A DNA stretch of 64,000 nt from an uncultured Armatimonadetes bacterium (GTDB lineage Bacteria > Armatimonadota > Hebobacteria > Hebobacterales > Hebobacteraceae): positions 3,712,001 to 3,776,000 of the forward strand of contig OY970296.1 of assembly GCA_963716175.1 (NCBI GenBank). Reading direction: 5' to 3'. Shown here in pieces: positions 9,813 through 21,641 of this stretch. Every line of letters starts with the position of its first letter. The stretch's first letter is position 1. The translations under genes were made by a program, and so were the position numbers. A model generated the notes under the pieces. It searched no databases. It was not told the DNA's origin and worked only from the letters and a program-made list of their open reading frames with translations.

Positions 9813-12740
9813 CTACAGCACCGCCGCCGCGCGCCGGCCGCGCGGTCGCGTTGTGGGCATCTGCACGCCGCGGGTGCGGGCCCGCTGGCGAGCGAGGATT
9901 CGCCGTAACACCTGCCCAGTGTACGACTCTTCGACTTCCGTGACCTGCTCCGGCAAGCCCTCGGACACGATATAGCCGCCCTCGTCTCCGCCCTCGGGCC
10001 CGAGATCGATAATGTAGTCGGCGCACTTGATCACTTCCGGATTGTGCTCGATCACCAGCACGGTGTTGCCGGCCGCAGTGAGCCGCCGCAGCACCTCCAG
10101 CAGCTTCTGGATGTCGGCGAAATGCAGCCCCGTGGTGGGCTCATCCAGCAGATAGAGAGTGCGGCCGGTATCGCGCCGGGACAGCTCCGCGGCCAGCTTC
10201 ACCCGCTGCGCCTCACCTCCGGAAAGGGTGGTGGCAGGCTGGCCCAGCTGAATGTAGTTCAGCCCGACATCGTTGATGGTCTGGAGCTTGTTGGCGATGG
10301 CGGGGATGTTGCGGAAGAAATCCAGCGCCTCCTCCACCGTCATGCGCAGCACATCGGCGATGGAACGCCCCTTGTAAGCCACCTCCAGAGTCTCCCGGTT
10401 GTAGCGGGCGCCGCGGCACACCTCGCAAGACACGTAGACGTCGGGAAGGAACTGCATCTCGATGCGGATGATGCCATCCCCCTTGCAGGCCTCGCAGCGG
10501 CCGCCTCGCACGTTGAACGAGAATCGGCCGGGCTTATAGCCGCGCATGCGCGCCTCCGGGGTCTGCGCGAACAGCTCCCGGATCCTGTTGAACACCCCGG
10601 TATAGGTGGCGGGGTTCGAGCGCGGCGTGCGCCCGATGGGCGACTGGTCAATGTCAATCACCTTGTCCAGGTAATGCTCCATGCGCTCCGGCGCCGGCTT
10701 CCGTCCCATGGTGATGAGGATGTCGTCGTGTGCACCCCACACCGTGCGGGCGCCGTGCAGCCGGTTCGCCAGCCGCCGGTAGAGAATGTCCTCCATGAGC
10801 GTGGACTTGCCGGAGCCGGAGACGCCGGTGAGGCAGGTGAACACCCCCAGTGGGATGGAGACATTGATGTTCTTGAGGTTGTGGTGGCGGGCGCCCTTGA
10901 TGGTGAGAAAGGAGCCATTGCTGCGCTTGCGCTCGGGGACGGGGATGGCGCGCCGGCCGGACAGGTAATCCCCGGTGATGGAGCGAGGCGAGGCGATCAC
11001 ATCCTCCAGGCTGCCGGAGACCACGATCTCGCCGCCGTGCTCGCCTGCTCCCGGCCCTATGTCAATGATCCAGTCCGCGGTGCGGATGGTCTCCTCGTCG
11101 TGCTCCACCACGATCATGGTGTTGCCGAGATCGCGCAGGCTCTGCAAAGTGCTGAGCAGCCGCCGGTTGTCGCGCTGGTGGAGCCCGACGCTAGGCTCAT
11201 CCAGAATGTAGACCACTCCCACCAGTCCGGAGCCGATCTGCGTGGCCAGCCGGATGCGCTGTGCCTCCCCCCCGGCGAGCGTCGCCGCCGGCCGGTCCAG
11301 GGTGAGGTAGTCGAGGCCGACGTTGAGCAGGAAGCCCAGCCGGGTCCTGATCTCCTTCAGCACTTGCCGCGCGATCTGCTGCTGCTTCGGTGTCAGATCG
11401 AGATGCTCGAAGAAGGCCATCGCCCGGCGGATGGAGAGGGCGCTCACTTGCGCGATGTTCCGGTCGCCGACCGTCACCGCCAGGCTTTCCGGCTTCAGGC
11501 GCTGCCCCTTGCAGGCCGGGCAGGGCTTGACCGCGGTGAAGGCATCGAGGTAGTCGCGGGCGCTCTGCGACTCACCCTCCTCGTATTGCTGCTGCAGGTA
11601 GTAGAGGATGCCGCGGAAGCGGGTGTCGTAGACCCGCAGCCGCCCGCCCCGCCCCCGGAAGCGCACTCGCACCGGCTCATCGGAGCCGTGCAGCAGGATG
11701 TCCAGCTTGCCCTTGGGCAGCTTCTCCACCGGGGTGTCGAGGTCAATGCCGAAGTGCTCGCAGACGGCTCGCAGCAGCGCCCTATGGTACTGGGAGCTGA
11801 GGCTGCGCCAGGGCAGCAGCGCGCCCTGGCTGATGCTCAGCCGGGGATCGGGGATGAGCAGAGCTTCGTCCAGCTCGTTGCTGATGCCCAACCCCATGCA
11901 CTCGGGGCAAGCACCATAGGGGGTGTTGAAGGAGAACATGCGGGGCTGGAGTTCCTCGAAGCTGCGCTGGCAGTAGAGGCAGGCGAAGTGCTCGCTGAAC
12001 TGCATCTCCTCCCCGTCCACCACCTGCACCAGGGCCACCCCACTGCCGACGCGCAGCGCCAGCTCCATGGAGTCGGCCAGCCGCTTGCGCGCGGCGGGCC
12101 GCACCACGATCCGGTCCACCACCACGTCAATGCTGTGCTGCTTGTAGCGCGCCAGCCGCAGCTCCCCGGCCTCGGACAGCTCCACCACGTTCCCGTCCAC
12201 CCGCACTCGCGCGAATCCCTGCCGCCGGATGTCCTCGAAGATCTGCCGATACTCGCCCTTGCGCCCCTTCACCACTGGCCCCAGGATCAGCACCCGCGTC
12301 CCCTCCGGGAGCTGCAGCACCTGGTCCACGATCTGCTCGCTGGTCTGCTGCACGATGGGCCGGCCGCACTGGGGGCAGTGCGGCAGCCCGATGCGCGCCC
12401 AGAGCAGACGCATGTGGTCATAGATCTCCGTCACCGTCGCCACCGTGGACCGGGGGTTGCGAGTGGCGGATTTCTGGTCAATCGAAACCGCGGGGGAAAG
12501 CCCGTCAATGAAGTCCACGTCCGGCTTGTCCATCTCGCCCAGAAACTGGCGGGCGTAGGCGGAGAGGGACTCGACGTAGCGCCGCTGCCCCTCCGCGTAG
12601 ATGGTATCGAAGGCGAGCGAGGACTTGCCCGAGCCAGAGAGGCCGGTGATCACCACCAGCTTGTCCCGGGGGATCTCGACCGTGATGTTCTTCAGATTGT
12701 GTTGCCGCGCGCCGCGGACAACGATCTTATCAGTGGGCAT
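9813..12740 (-). CDS. uvrA: Excinuclease ABC subunit A
   Basis: [23 protein letters not shown], two ABC cassettes, zinc fingers. Confidence 0.99.
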   Translation of the reverse strand: MPTDKIVVRGARQHNLKNITVEIPRDKLVVITGLSGSGKSSLAFDTIYAEGQRRYVESLSAYARQFLGEMDKPDVDFIDGLSPAVSIDQKSATRNPRSTVATVTEIYDHMRLLWARIGLPHCPQCGRPIVQQTSEQIVDQVLQLPEGTRVLILGPVVKGRKGEYRQIFEDIRRQGFARVRVDGNVVELSEAGELRLARYKQHSIDVVVDRIVVRPAARKRLADSMELALRVGSGVALVQVVDGEEMQFSEHFACLYCQRSFEELQPRMFSFNTPYGACPECMGLGISNELDEALLIPDPRLSISQGALLPWRSLSSQYHRALLRAVCEHFGIDLDTPVEKLPKGKLDILLHGSDEPVRVRFRGRGGRLRVYDTRFRGILYYLQQQYEEGESQSARDYLDAFTAVKPCPACKGQRLKPESLAVTVGDRNIAQVSALSIRRAMAFFEHLDLTPKQQQIARQVLKEIRTRLGFLLNVGLDYLTLDRPAATLAGGEAQRIRLATQIGSGLVGVVYILDEPSVGLHQRDNRRLLSTLQSLRDLGNTMIVVEHDEETIRTADWIIDIGPGAGEHGGEIVVSGSLEDVIASPRSITGDYLSGRRAIPVPERKRSNGSFLTIKGARHHNLKNINVSIPLGVFTCLTGVSGSGKSTLMEDILYRRLANRLHGARTVWGAHDDILITMGRKPAPERMEHYLDKVIDIDQSPIGRTPRSNPATYTGVFNRIRELFAQTPEARMRGYKPGRFSFNVRGGRCEACKGDGIIRIEMQFLPDVYVSCEVCRGARYNRETLEVAYKGRSIADVLRMTVEEALDFFRNIPAIANKLQTINDVGLNYIQLGQPATTLSGGEAQRVKLAAELSRRDTGRTLYLLDEPTTGLHFADIQKLLEVLRRLTAAGNTVLVIEHNPEVIKCADYIIDLGPEGGDEGGYIVSEGLPEQVTEVEESYTGQVLRRILARQRARTRGVQMPTTRPRGRRAAAVL

Positions 12741-12881
12741 ATGGAAGCCCTACCTTCGACTCCACGAGGGAAATCCCTGGCTGAGTCCTGCCCCACAACC
12801 ACCTTCGGCACGTTCGCCGGGCAGTTCCGCAACCTGCCCGCGGGCGGCGGGCATGCAGACTACGACATGCCCGCCCTACAG

Positions 12882-14906
12882 CTAGCGCCGCCGCCGTTTC
12901 CCGCGCCCCATCCGCCGCGGCCCGCCCACGGGCCTGGCGGCCGCCACTTGTCCCCCCAGGGCACGGATGCGGTCGCGCAGTTGCGCCGCCTCCTCAAACC
13001 GCAGTTCCTGCGCGGCCAGCCGCATATCGTGCTCCAGCTCGGCCAGCAGGTTAGGCAACTGCTCCTCGGGCGGCCCCTCCCCCGCGCTGTAGATCGCCGA
13101 CTCCTCCGCCACTTGCTCCACCAGCAGATCGCGGATCGCCTTCCGCACCGACTCCGGCTTGATGCCATGCTCCTGGTTGTACTGAACCTGTTTCACCCGG
13201 CGCCGGTTAGTCTCCTCAATGGCGCGCCGCATGGAATCGGTGACCTGGTCCGCATACATGATCACCTGGCCGGAGACGTGGCGGGCGGCCCGCCCGATGG
13301 TCTGGATCAGCGAAACCTCGGAGCGCAAGAACCCCTCCTTGTCCGCGTCCAGGATCGCCACCAGGCTCACCTCCGGGAGGTCCAGCCCCTCCCGCAGCAG
13401 GTTGATCCCCACCACCACATCGTACACCCCCAGGCGCAGGTCGCGCAGGATCTCGCTCCGCACCAGGGTCTGGATCTCGGAGTGCAGGTAATGCACCTTG
13501 ATGTCCACATCCGCCAGGTACTCGGCCAGGTCCTCCGCCATCTTCTTGGTCAGCGTGGTCACCAGCACTCGCTCGCCCCGCGAGACCCGGGCCTGAATCT
13601 CCCCGATCAGATCGTCAACCTGGCCTTTGATCGGGCGCACGATCAAGTCCGGGTCCACCAGGCCAGTGGGTCGGACGATCTGCTCGACCACTTGCTGGGA
13701 GACCCTCAGCTCATAAGGGCCGGGGGTGGCGGAAGTGAAGATCACCTGGTCCACCCGCTGCTCCCATTCCTCGAACGTCAGGGGGCGGTTGTCGAAGGCG
13801 GAGGGCAGGCGGAAGCCGTACTGGACCAGGCTCTCCTTACGGGAGCGGTCGGCGGAATGCTGGCCCGCAATCTGGGGGACGGTCTGGTGGCTCTCATCCA
13901 CCACCAGCAGGAAGTCCTCCGGGAAGTAATCGAGCAGCGTATAGGGAGGCTGGCCAGGGGCGCGGCCATCGAAATGCCGGGCGTAGTTCTCGATCCCCTG
14001 GCAGTAGCCGATCTCCCGGATCATCTCCATGTCATAGCGCGTGCGCTGCTCCAGCCGCTGCGCCTCCAGCAGCAGGCCCCGGTCCCGGAAGTACCGCAGC
14101 CGCTCCTCCAGCTCCTCCTCGATGGAGGCGAGCGCTCGCTCCTGCTGCTCGACGCCGGACATGTAGTGGGTGGCGGGGAAGATCATGGCTGCCTCCCGCT
14201 CCCCCACCACCTCTCCTGTCACCGGGTCAACCGCCATGATCCGCTCCACCTCGTCGCCAAACAGCTCGACCCGGGTGATGCGATCTTCGTCCACCGGGTA
14301 GATCTCCAGCACATCGCCTCTCACCCGGAAGGTGCCCCGACCCAGAGCCATGTCGTTGCGTTTGAACTGCATATCTACCAGCCGCCGCAGCAGCCGGTCG
14401 CGATCGTAGCTCTTGTCCTTCTCCACCTGGAAGGTGAAGCGCTGGTACTCCTCAGGCGATCCCAGCGCGTAGATGCAGGAGACGCTCGCCACCACGATCA
14501 CATCCCGCCGCTCGAACAGGGCCTGGGTGGCGAAGTGGCGCAGCCGGTCTATCTCCTCATTGATGGAGGAGTCCTTTTCGATATAGGTATCGGTCTGCGG
14601 GAGATAGGCCTCCGGCTGGTAGTAGTCGTAGTAGCTCACGAAGTAGGCGGCTGCGTTCTTGGGGAAGAACTCGCGGAACTCCCCACAGAGCTGCGCGGCC
14701 AGCGTCTTGTTGTGTGCGATCACCAGCGTGGGCCGCTGCACCTGGGCGACCACGTGGGCGATGCTGAAGGTCTTGCCGGACCCGGTCACGCCCAGCAGGG
14801 TCTGTCGCTTGAGGCCGCTGGCTACCCCTTCGGCCAGCCGGGCGATGGCCTCCGGTTGGTCACCCTTGGGCTTGAGATCGGAAATCAGCTCGAACTGCTG
14901 AGGCAC
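12882..14906 (-). CDS. uvrB: Excinuclease ABC subunit B
   Basis: [37 protein letters not shown]-terminal UVR domain. Confidence 0.99.
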   Translation of the reverse strand: MPQQFELISDLKPKGDQPEAIARLAEGVASGLKRQTLLGVTGSGKTFSIAHVVAQVQRPTLVIAHNKTLAAQLCGEFREFFPKNAAAYFVSYYDYYQPEAYLPQTDTYIEKDSSINEEIDRLRHFATQALFERRDVIVVASVSCIYALGSPEEYQRFTFQVEKDKSYDRDRLLRRLVDMQFKRNDMALGRGTFRVRGDVLEIYPVDEDRITRVELFGDEVERIMAVDPVTGEVVGEREAAMIFPATHYMSGVEQQERALASIEEELEERLRYFRDRGLLLEAQRLEQRTRYDMEMIREIGYCQGIENYARHFDGRAPGQPPYTLLDYFPEDFLLVVDESHQTVPQIAGQHSADRSRKESLVQYGFRLPSAFDNRPLTFEEWEQRVDQVIFTSATPGPYELRVSQQVVEQIVRPTGLVDPDLIVRPIKGQVDDLIGEIQARVSRGERVLVTTLTKKMAEDLAEYLADVDIKVHYLHSEIQTLVRSEILRDLRLGVYDVVVGINLLREGLDLPEVSLVAILDADKEGFLRSEVSLIQTIGRAARHVSGQVIMYADQVTDSMRRAIEETNRRRVKQVQYNQEHGIKPESVRKAIRDLLVEQVAEESAIYSAGEGPPEEQLPNLLAELEHDMRLAAQELRFEEAAQLRDRIRALGGQVAAARPVGGPRRMGRGKRRRR

Positions 14907-14940
14907 TTCTGGCTCCCCAGGTGATTATAGCACAGACGGC

Positions 14941-14967
14941 TGTAGGGCGGGCATACCCATGCCCGCC
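14941..14967 (+). repeat. GTAG-class REP-like element (representative of >=10 copies)
   Basis: TGTAGGGCGGGCAT-loop-ATGCCCGCC; related copies at ~966-992, 2744-2780, 3305-3350, 12845-12880, 25829-25865, 27264-27295, 38728-38750, 45034-45061, 59801-59830. Confidence 0.8.
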
Positions 14968-15047
14968 TGACAGGGGAAAGCAGAAGTGGCGGGGATAGGA
15001 ATCCCCACCCTACAGCACTTGAAGGAGGAGGGCTCAGGGAACGCGCG

Positions 15048-17130
15048 TCAGAAAGCCCGCGCACCCAATTCCAGCCAGATGTGGCGCCCGCCCGAGTAGG
15101 TGTACCCGTAGCCGAAGGGGCTGAGCCAGGAGCCGCCGCCGTACTCACCCACCCCTTGCGGGGAATAGCAGAGAGCGGCGCGATAGCGGCCCAGCACCCG
15201 CCCCAGGGAGAGCCGCGTGCTGGCCGCGCGGTAGCTGTCGAGCCGAGAGAAGACATGGCTCAGCTCCAGGTTCCAGAGCGATCGACCCAACTGGTCCTTG
15301 CCGAACGGCAGACGCTGCTGCACGAAGAGCGAGCCGAAGCGCCGATGGCCGCCCGGATCCTGGGAGAGATTCGCTCGCACCGCTGCCCCCTTGACTCGGG
15401 TCACACCGGTGAAGCTGAGCAGTTGCCGGCTCGACTGGAACAGCGACGTCTGCCCCGCGGGGCCGCCGGAGGAGTAGGTGTAACCCGCGGTGACGAAGCT
15501 GCTGGGCCCAAAGCGCCGATCCAGCGAGACCCGGCCGTCCAGCAGGCCGCCCGCACCGCCGCCCAGCTCCCAGGCGTACCCGGTGGTCATGCCTGCCGTC
15601 AACCGCAGGTTCCGGCCCAGGTCCTTGCTCGGGAGGCTGACGTTCACATCCACCCCGGGCGAGGTGGTAGTGCGGTTCTGCTGCGCGATCTGCAGCGGCT
15701 CGCCGGTCTCGGGGTCGAGCACCACCGCCGCCACGTCCGTGTGCAGCCGGGACTGCCGCAGGTGCACCGCCGGTGTCACCGACACCGCCTGCTTGGTGGT
15801 GAGCCCGGACCAGCGGTACTCCAGGTCGCCCAGAGACTGCTCGGACGCGGCGTAGTCGCTGCGAGAAACCACCAGGGAGAGCTGGCCCCCGGACAGGGGG
15901 CGGAACAGGCTGATGCTGCTGGAGCGCAGACGCGAGCTCTCATTCCCGAAACGCACCGCGCTCGGCATCCAGGCTCATGGTGAGTCCCCCTCCGAACTGC
16001 TGCCGGTGCTCCCACCTCAGGCCCCGGTCGGGGCGGAACAAGTCGTCCAGTTGAAGGGCTCCCTCGCTGCGCCCCTCCTGCATGTACTCCTCCCGCAGGC
16101 CCAGCAGCCATCCCAGCCCGGCCTCGCCCACGGCCAGCCCTCGGTTGCGGGTGAGGTGGAGCGACCCGATGTGGTGGGCGCTAGCGCGGTAGTACATGGG
16201 GAAATCCATGCTCACACCCGAGGCTGAGCTGAATCCGAGCGCCTGCCCGAAGACCGCTCCTCCGGAACCCGGCTCCACCACGTGCCGGCGCAGAGCCATC
16301 ACCCGGGTGTCACCAACATAGAAAGCAGCATGATCCAGGATCACCTTCTCGCCGGGGCTGATGACGGCGCGCCGCGCCTTGACCCAGGTCCGGGTCTCAT
16401 CCGTCCGCAGCGGCTCCCAGAGCACGCTGTCTTCTGACTTGTCGCGCCGGGTTTCGAGCTTGCTTCCCTCCACCAGCAATCGCTCTGCCGGCTCGGCGAT
16501 GCGCAGCAACCGACCCCGCAGCGACACCAGCTCATAGCGCAGGGCGTCGGCATGGAGAGTGCGACCACCTGACTGCAGCGCCACATTCCCCTGAGCGCAC
16601 ACCAGGTTGGCGCCGAGATCGTACTGGATCCCGTCCGCCCGAATCTCCATCCCCCGGTATTCGAGGCGGGCCTGCCAGGTGGCGACGAAGACCTGCTTGT
16701 CCGCGCTGTAGGCGACCTCATCCGCCTCCAGCTCGATCACATGGGAGCCGGGCGACCCGCTGCCCGGCTCCGCCAAAAACTCCACCTGAATGCTCTGGCG
16801 AGCCGGCCCCACCATCGCCGAGACCATCGCCCGTCCCGCCACATTGGAGGCGGTAAGCGTGGTCTGCGCCAGGCCCCCGATGGTCTGCACGGGAGAGACC
16901 ACCTGGCCCAAAGTCGCGACGAAGTACACCATGGTGCCATCGGGCGCGGGCCGGCCCAGAGCATCCAGCACCTCCACCAGGAGCACCAGCGAACTCTTGC
17001 CGTCAGCCGGGGCGCGGTCGGGGTCGGCGCGCAGGCGCAAGCTGAACCCAACCGCAGCCTGCGCCACGCTGGTCGCGAGCGCGAGCACCAAGACGAGCGA
17101 GAGGAAGCAGGCTGTGCGCGGCCTTGGCAT
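15048..17130 (-). CDS. Secreted Ig-like (invasin/Big_1) + LptD/OstA-like outer-membrane protein, apparent frameshift near 15962
   Basis: Signal peptide, ADGKSSLVLLVEVLDALGRPAPDGTMV (Big_1-like), IRADGIQYDL/LHADALRYEL beta-jellyroll motifs, alternating beta-strands, C-terminal Phe (LELGARAF). Confidence 0.6.
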
Positions 17131-17195
17131 GTAGGTTGGTGGCCTGGCCTCGGCAGGGCGGGGCCCTTGCGGGCCCCGCCGGTGATCAAGGGATG

Positions 17196-19199
17196 CTATC
17201 TGGCCTGAAGGACCCGGTCGCCAGTCACTCTGTCCGGTCTACGCGAGTCCCGGGGCCGGCCCAGCGTGCCCCGCCTCAGCAGCTCGCGGCGGCGCTGCAG
17301 CTCGGAGACGCTGGTGGTGGCAGTGCCCACTGTGAACTTGAGGGCCGGGTAGGACCAGATATAACCGTAGTCATTGGTCAAGGTCGGCGGCCAGGGGCGC
17401 GGGACGTAGCTATCGAACCGGTTGCGCACTCCCACTCGCCACCAGAAGATGTTGCCAGAGCCTGGCAGGTTCTTGAAGTCGTTCACGACGGCCGAGGTGG
17501 TCGTCGGCCCCGGAAACACGCCAGGCACTGACTTCACATAGACCTTGTCGGGCGGGAAGTTGTCGTTGGGGTCTCTAGCGATCTGGACCACCGCCTCGTC
17601 CGCGCCGTTCGGCGAGTAGAAGCTGAAGCTGGCGCTGGTGCCGCTCGCCGTGCCCACCAGGTTGAACGGCGGGTTGACCGCGGTGAGGCGATTGGTGAAC
17701 GAGGAAAGCTCTGCGCCGCGCACGAACGCCCACAGGAAGACTGCAGTGGAGGTGAGGCGCTGCTCGACCAGGATAGGCCGTATCCGATAGACGTAGGCCT
17801 GGCCGGGCGCCGGGCCGGCCTGCTCGAAGCTGAAGGAGACGGAGGTGTCGGCGTAAGTGATGACCTGGGCGGGGCGAGAGGTGACGATGGTGCGCGAGTC
17901 GGTGCCGACAAGAGTGATCCCTGTCGTCTGATCAACCGTCCCCGTCACCACACGCTGCGTGAAAGTGGGCCTGGGCAGATCGAAGGTATAGTTCTCTCCC
18001 TCCCCCGAGACCGGTATCACCTCCATCAGGGCCTGGTCGCGCCAGATCTCATATCCCCAGATGCGGTTCTTCTCGCTTCCGTTGAACGGAATCCAGGTGA
18101 TGAGGCTGGCGGCCCGGGTGATCTTCAGGTCGGGGTCGAAGATAGGAAGAGAAATGGCCTGCGGCTGCAAGGTCGCCAGGCCATTGGACAGATTGGAGGC
18201 GATGAAAGCGGGAGCGGCGAAGCCGCCCTCCTCCATCTGCCGGGAAGTGGCCCCCAGGTCAGCGATGCCAAACAGGGCGGCAGCGGCCAGCAGCATGTTT
18301 GTCATGTTCTGCCTTTTCCGCTGGATCTTCGCGGGAGAGGGAGCGGCCACCCCGGCCGGGAGCCGGTAGATGGCGCGCAGCTGGTCTCCCGTGCGCAGCG
18401 GCGGCCCCTGCACCACCTTGGCATAGGAGCCGATCGGGTTCGCCTCTGTCACCTCCGCCAGCCCGATCCGCAGGCCGTTGCGGATCGCCACCATGTCCAT
18501 CCCGTTCTCCACCCCGGCCCGGCCGCCCACGTTCAGGAACACGGTGGAGTCGCGGGCCCACAGCACCATCGCGGTCACGGTGGGGCGCGTCCTCATGTGC
18601 TGCACTACGTCGAAGGCCGCCTGCTGCAAGGCCTTGGTGATGAGAGTGTCGTCGCTGGCCTCGGTGGAGGGGGGACCTTGCACCTTGATCAAGGCTCCGT
18701 TCACCGCGGTCTGCGCCATGCGGTCGAAAAGCAGCACCGCCAGCACCACCTCGCCGGCCCGTCCTTCCGGGGTGGACACGACGCGCACGCTCCGCACCTG
18801 GCCGGTGACCACCATGTTCACCTCTAACTCAGAAGCCAGCCGCACCAGCTCGGCGTCGCTGAGGGGCGGCTTGTACCCCAGGTCGCGCAGCCACAGCTCG
18901 ACATCGGACTTGGGGAGAATGTCCAGCAGCAAGCGGTCGCGCAGCTCGGTGGCCACCGCGTCGCTCGCCTCCTGCCCGAAGGTCTCCGTCCGGTAGCCGC
19001 TGCTGTTCTCGAAGGGCACCACCGCCACCGACTGAGCGGCGCCGCCGCGGGTGGCAACGGAGGGGGTGCCATAGCGGCCGCCGGTGGCAACCTGGGCTTG
19101 TGCCGGCGGCGCGGCCAGACCGATGGCTGCCACTGACCAGAGGAACGCCGCCGCGAGCATGACGCCTAGCGCCACCCGCCCCTGTGAAAACGTGCGCAT
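17196..19199 (-). CDS. Secreted protein with CsgG/FlgT-like N-terminal domains and beta-sandwich C-terminus
   Basis: Signal peptide (AQA), VAVVPFENSSG...ASDAVATEL, VFLNVGGRAGVENG (FlgT_C-like), YVYRIRP FN3-like strand. Confidence 0.55.
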   Translation of the reverse strand: MRTFSQGRVALGVMLAAAFLWSVAAIGLAAPPAQAQVATGGRYGTPSVATRGGAAQSVAVVPFENSSGYRTETFGQEASDAVATELRDRLLLDILPKSDVELWLRDLGYKPPLSDAELVRLASELEVNMVVTGQVRSVRVVSTPEGRAGEVVLAVLLFDRMAQTAVNGALIKVQGPPSTEASDDTLITKALQQAAFDVVQHMRTRPTVTAMVLWARDSTVFLNVGGRAGVENGMDMVAIRNGLRIGLAEVTEANPIGSYAKVVQGPPLRTGDQLRAIYRLPAGVAAPSPAKIQRKRQNMTNMLLAAAALFGIADLGATSRQMEEGGFAAPAFIASNLSNGLATLQPQAISLPIFDPDLKITRAASLITWIPFNGSEKNRIWGYEIWRDQALMEVIPVSGEGENYTFDLPRPTFTQRVVTGTVDQTTGITLVGTDSRTIVTSRPAQVITYADTSVSFSFEQAGPAPGQAYVYRIRPILVEQRLTSTAVFLWAFVRGAELSSFTNRLTAVNPPFNLVGTASGTSASFSFYSPNGADEAVVQIARDPNDNFPPDKVYVKSVPGVFPGPTTTSAVVNDFKNLPGSGNIFWWRVGVRNRFDSYVPRPWPPTLTNDYGYIWSYPALKFTVGTATTSVSELQRRRELLRRGTLGRPRDSRRPDRVTGDRVLQAR

Positions 19200-19412
19200 G
19201 ATGGGTCGTCTCCTTGCTTCTCGCAGTGTTACCGGAGGGCCAGCCCAGACCCTCCCCGCCGGGCGAGGGCAACCACTAGGCCCTCCCTCGCGGTCACTGT
19301 CACGTGGTGTGGCACTAGCCGCGGGCCACACTAGCCACGTGGGTGCGAACTCCAACCCTCGCCCAGCAACCCCCAGCCCATTGGCGGTACGACCCCCCGC
19401 GCTCAGCGACGG

Positions 19413-19442
19413 ATTCTACCACACCCCTCGACCCCTTGTAAA
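19413..19442 (-). promoter_or_regulatory. Sigma70-type promoter for the secreted protein operon
   Basis: TTTACA-18 bp-TAGAAT with TG at extended -10 position. Confidence 0.5.
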
Positions 19443-19588
19443 GCAGAACCTGGGTCGCCTCTCACAGTGGAAGACGACCTGCGTGGGGCGGCTGCCGCAG
19501 CCGGCTCATTCCTCTCCGTTCCCCCCATCTGCCTCACCACGAAGCCTGGCCAGCTTCTCCCAGCCGCCTGACGGATTAGACGCGGCGC

Positions 19589-20194
19589 TCAGCGATTGAG
19601 TTCCAGCCAGATCCGCTCGAGTTCCCGCAGAGCCGCCTCCCTCCCGGCAGTGGTGTCCACCACCCAGTCGGCCCGCTTCACCTGCTCGCCTGGCGACAAC
19701 TGCGCCGCCATCCGCCGCCTCACCTCCGACTCGCTCGAGCCATCCCGGGCCATCACCCGCCGAACCCGCTCCTCCTCGTTGGCCACCATCACCAGCAGAC
19801 GGTCAACCGGTTTCCGGCCGCCGGCCTCCAGCAGCAGCGGTGCCACCACGCAGGCCACCGCGGTCCCCCCCTCTCTCGCCAGCTCCTGGAGACGCCGTTG
19901 GATCTCGGCCATGATGGGGGGATGCGTCAGAGCATTCAGTCTGGCTACCGCCTGGGGATCGCCGAACACCAGATCGGAGAGCTTGCGCCGGTCCAGGCTT
20001 CCGTCCGGCCGCAGCACTTCGTGCCCGAAGGCCGCCGCCACCTCCCGGAGAACCGCGGAGCCTGGCCCCATCAGCTCTCGCGCCACCGCGTCGGCATCGA
20101 GAATGGACGCCCCCCGGCTCCGGAAGAATTCGCTGGCCAGTGATTTCCCGCTACCGATGCCACCGGTAATGCCCAGCACCAGCATCGGAGCCAT
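19589..20194 (-). CDS. coaE: Dephospho-CoA kinase
   Basis: LGITGGIGSGKS, LDADAVARE, LNALTHP, PLLLE. Confidence 0.96.
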   Translation of the reverse strand: MAPMLVLGITGGIGSGKSLASEFFRSRGASILDADAVARELMGPGSAVLREVAAAFGHEVLRPDGSLDRRKLSDLVFGDPQAVARLNALTHPPIMAEIQRRLQELAREGGTAVACVVAPLLLEAGGRKPVDRLLVMVANEEERVRRVMARDGSSESEVRRRMAAQLSPGEQVKRADWVVDTTAGREAALRELERIWLELNR

Positions 20195-20222
20195 TGCGGC
20201 GGCGCTCCCCGGCCCCCGCCGC

Positions 20223-21641
20223 CTACTCCTCTGTCTCCCAGGCCGGCGCGGGCGGCTCGGCGTGCTCCCGCTCTTCCTCGGGAACCGCCTCTGCTCCCGG
20301 CGGCTCTTCCTGCCCGGCGGCCTCGCCCACTACCTCCGGCTGAACGGGCTGGCCTTCCCCCTCCTCTTCAGGCTGATCGCCCTGCTCGCCGGCAGCCGCC
20401 TGGGCCACGACCTGCGTCCCCGAGAGCATATCACCCACCAGGTCGCCGATGGTGACCCGGCTGCTCTCCTGCTGCCGCTGCATGTACTCTCGCAGCTCGC
20501 GCCGCTCCTGCGCTTGCTGCACCTGGCGCAGGCTCAGGGTCATGCGCCTCTCCGCAGGCCGGATGCTGACGATCTTCGCCTGCACCGTGTCTCCGGCCGA
20601 CAGCGTATCCTGTGCCCGCTGGCCCCGGTTCCCTGGCATCTCGGCATTGGGGATGATGGCCTCAATGCCGGTCTCGAGCCGGATGAACGCGCCGAACGGC
20701 ACCACTCTGGTCACGGTCCCGGTGACGATCTGGTTCACCCGGAACTGGTCCCTCGCCTGCTCCCACGGGTCGGGAAGGATCTGCTTCAAACCCAGCGAGA
20801 TCCGATTCTGCTCCCGGTCATAGCGCAGCACCATCACGTCAATCTTATCGCCGACCTTCACCACATCGCTCGGGTGGTTGATCCGCGTCCACGACATCTC
20901 GGTGACGTGGAGCAGGCCATCCACCCCGCCAATATCCACGAAGGCTCCATAGTCCGCAATGCGGCGGACGATGCCCTTATAGACCTTGTTCTCCTCCAGG
21001 CCGCCCAGCGTCTGCTCGCGGCGCTTGCGCCGCTCCTGTTCCACCGCCTCTTTCTGGGAGACCACCACGCGCTTGCGCCCTCGATCCACCTCGACGATCT
21101 TCACCCTCACTGATTGACCCACGAACCGGTCCAGCGCGTGCACGTTGCGGGTGCGCACATGGGAGGCGGGCAGGAAGCCCCTCATTCCCAGGTCCACCAC
21201 CAGGCCGCCCTTGACCCGATCCGTCACCATCGCGCTTAGCACATCGCCCCGCTCGTGAGCCGTGGTCAGCCGCTGCCAGACGCGCTCGTAGTCCGCCTTC
21301 TTCTTCGAGAGCACGGGACTGCCCTCATCATCCTCCGGCCGCACCACGTAGACCGATACCCGATCACCGACCCCCAGCGGCTTGCCTTCCTCGGTGGTGC
21401 CGCCGGAGAGCTCCTCGGCCGAGATATGGCCCTCGGACTTGGTGCCCACATCCACCAGCGCGCCGTGCTCGTCAATGTGGACGATGAGCCCGTCCACGAT
21501 CTGGCCGCTAGTCAGCGCGTTGACCTGCGACTCCATGTCCCCAGGTCCCTCTTCCGCGAGGGAGGCCGCTTCCGATGGGCCTGCCTCCTGGGCTTTCCTC
21601 TCCAACTCCTCGCCCTGCACCTCATGCTCTTGGTCGTTCAT
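20223..21641 (-). CDS. rpsA: 30S ribosomal protein S1 (four S1 domains, acidic tail)
   Basis: VDVGTKSEG, RVKGGLVVDLGMRGFLPASH, YGAFVDIGGVDGLLHVTEMSW, FGAFIRL. Confidence 0.93.
   Translation of the reverse strand: MNDQEHEVQGEELERKAQEAGPSEAASLAEEGPGDMESQVNALTSGQIVDGLIVHIDEHGALVDVGTKSEGHISAEELSGGTTEEGKPLGVGDRVSVYVVRPEDDEGSPVLSKKKADYERVWQRLTTAHERGDVLSAMVTDRVKGGLVVDLGMRGFLPASHVRTRNVHALDRFVGQSVRVKIVEVDRGRKRVVVSQKEAVEQERRKRREQTLGGLEENKVYKGIVRRIADYGAFVDIGGVDGLLHVTEMSWTRINHPSDVVKVGDKIDVMVLRYDREQNRISLGLKQILPDPWEQARDQFRVNQIVTGTVTRVVPFGAFIRLETGIEAIIPNAEMPGNRGQRAQDTLSAGDTVQAKIVSIRPAERRMTLSLRQVQQAQERRELREYMQRQQESSRVTIGDLVGDMLSGTQVVAQAAAGEQGDQPEEEGEGQPVQPEVVGEAAGQEEPPGAEAVPEEEREHAEPPAPAWETEE

Noticed and set aside
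12741-12881. LexA/SOS box upstream of uvrA (GTTC-containing repeats)
   Set aside because: Spacing does not fit GAAC-N4-GTTC or GTTC-N7-GTTC and no matching motif seen upstream of uvrB, uvrC or dinB
10044-14924. 1626-aa plus-strand ORF and other long antisense ORFs (242-1939, 19596-21113, 47682-49544, 58431-59852)
   Set aside because: Shadow ORFs opposite well-conserved genes, expected in high-GC DNA; no recognisable motifs
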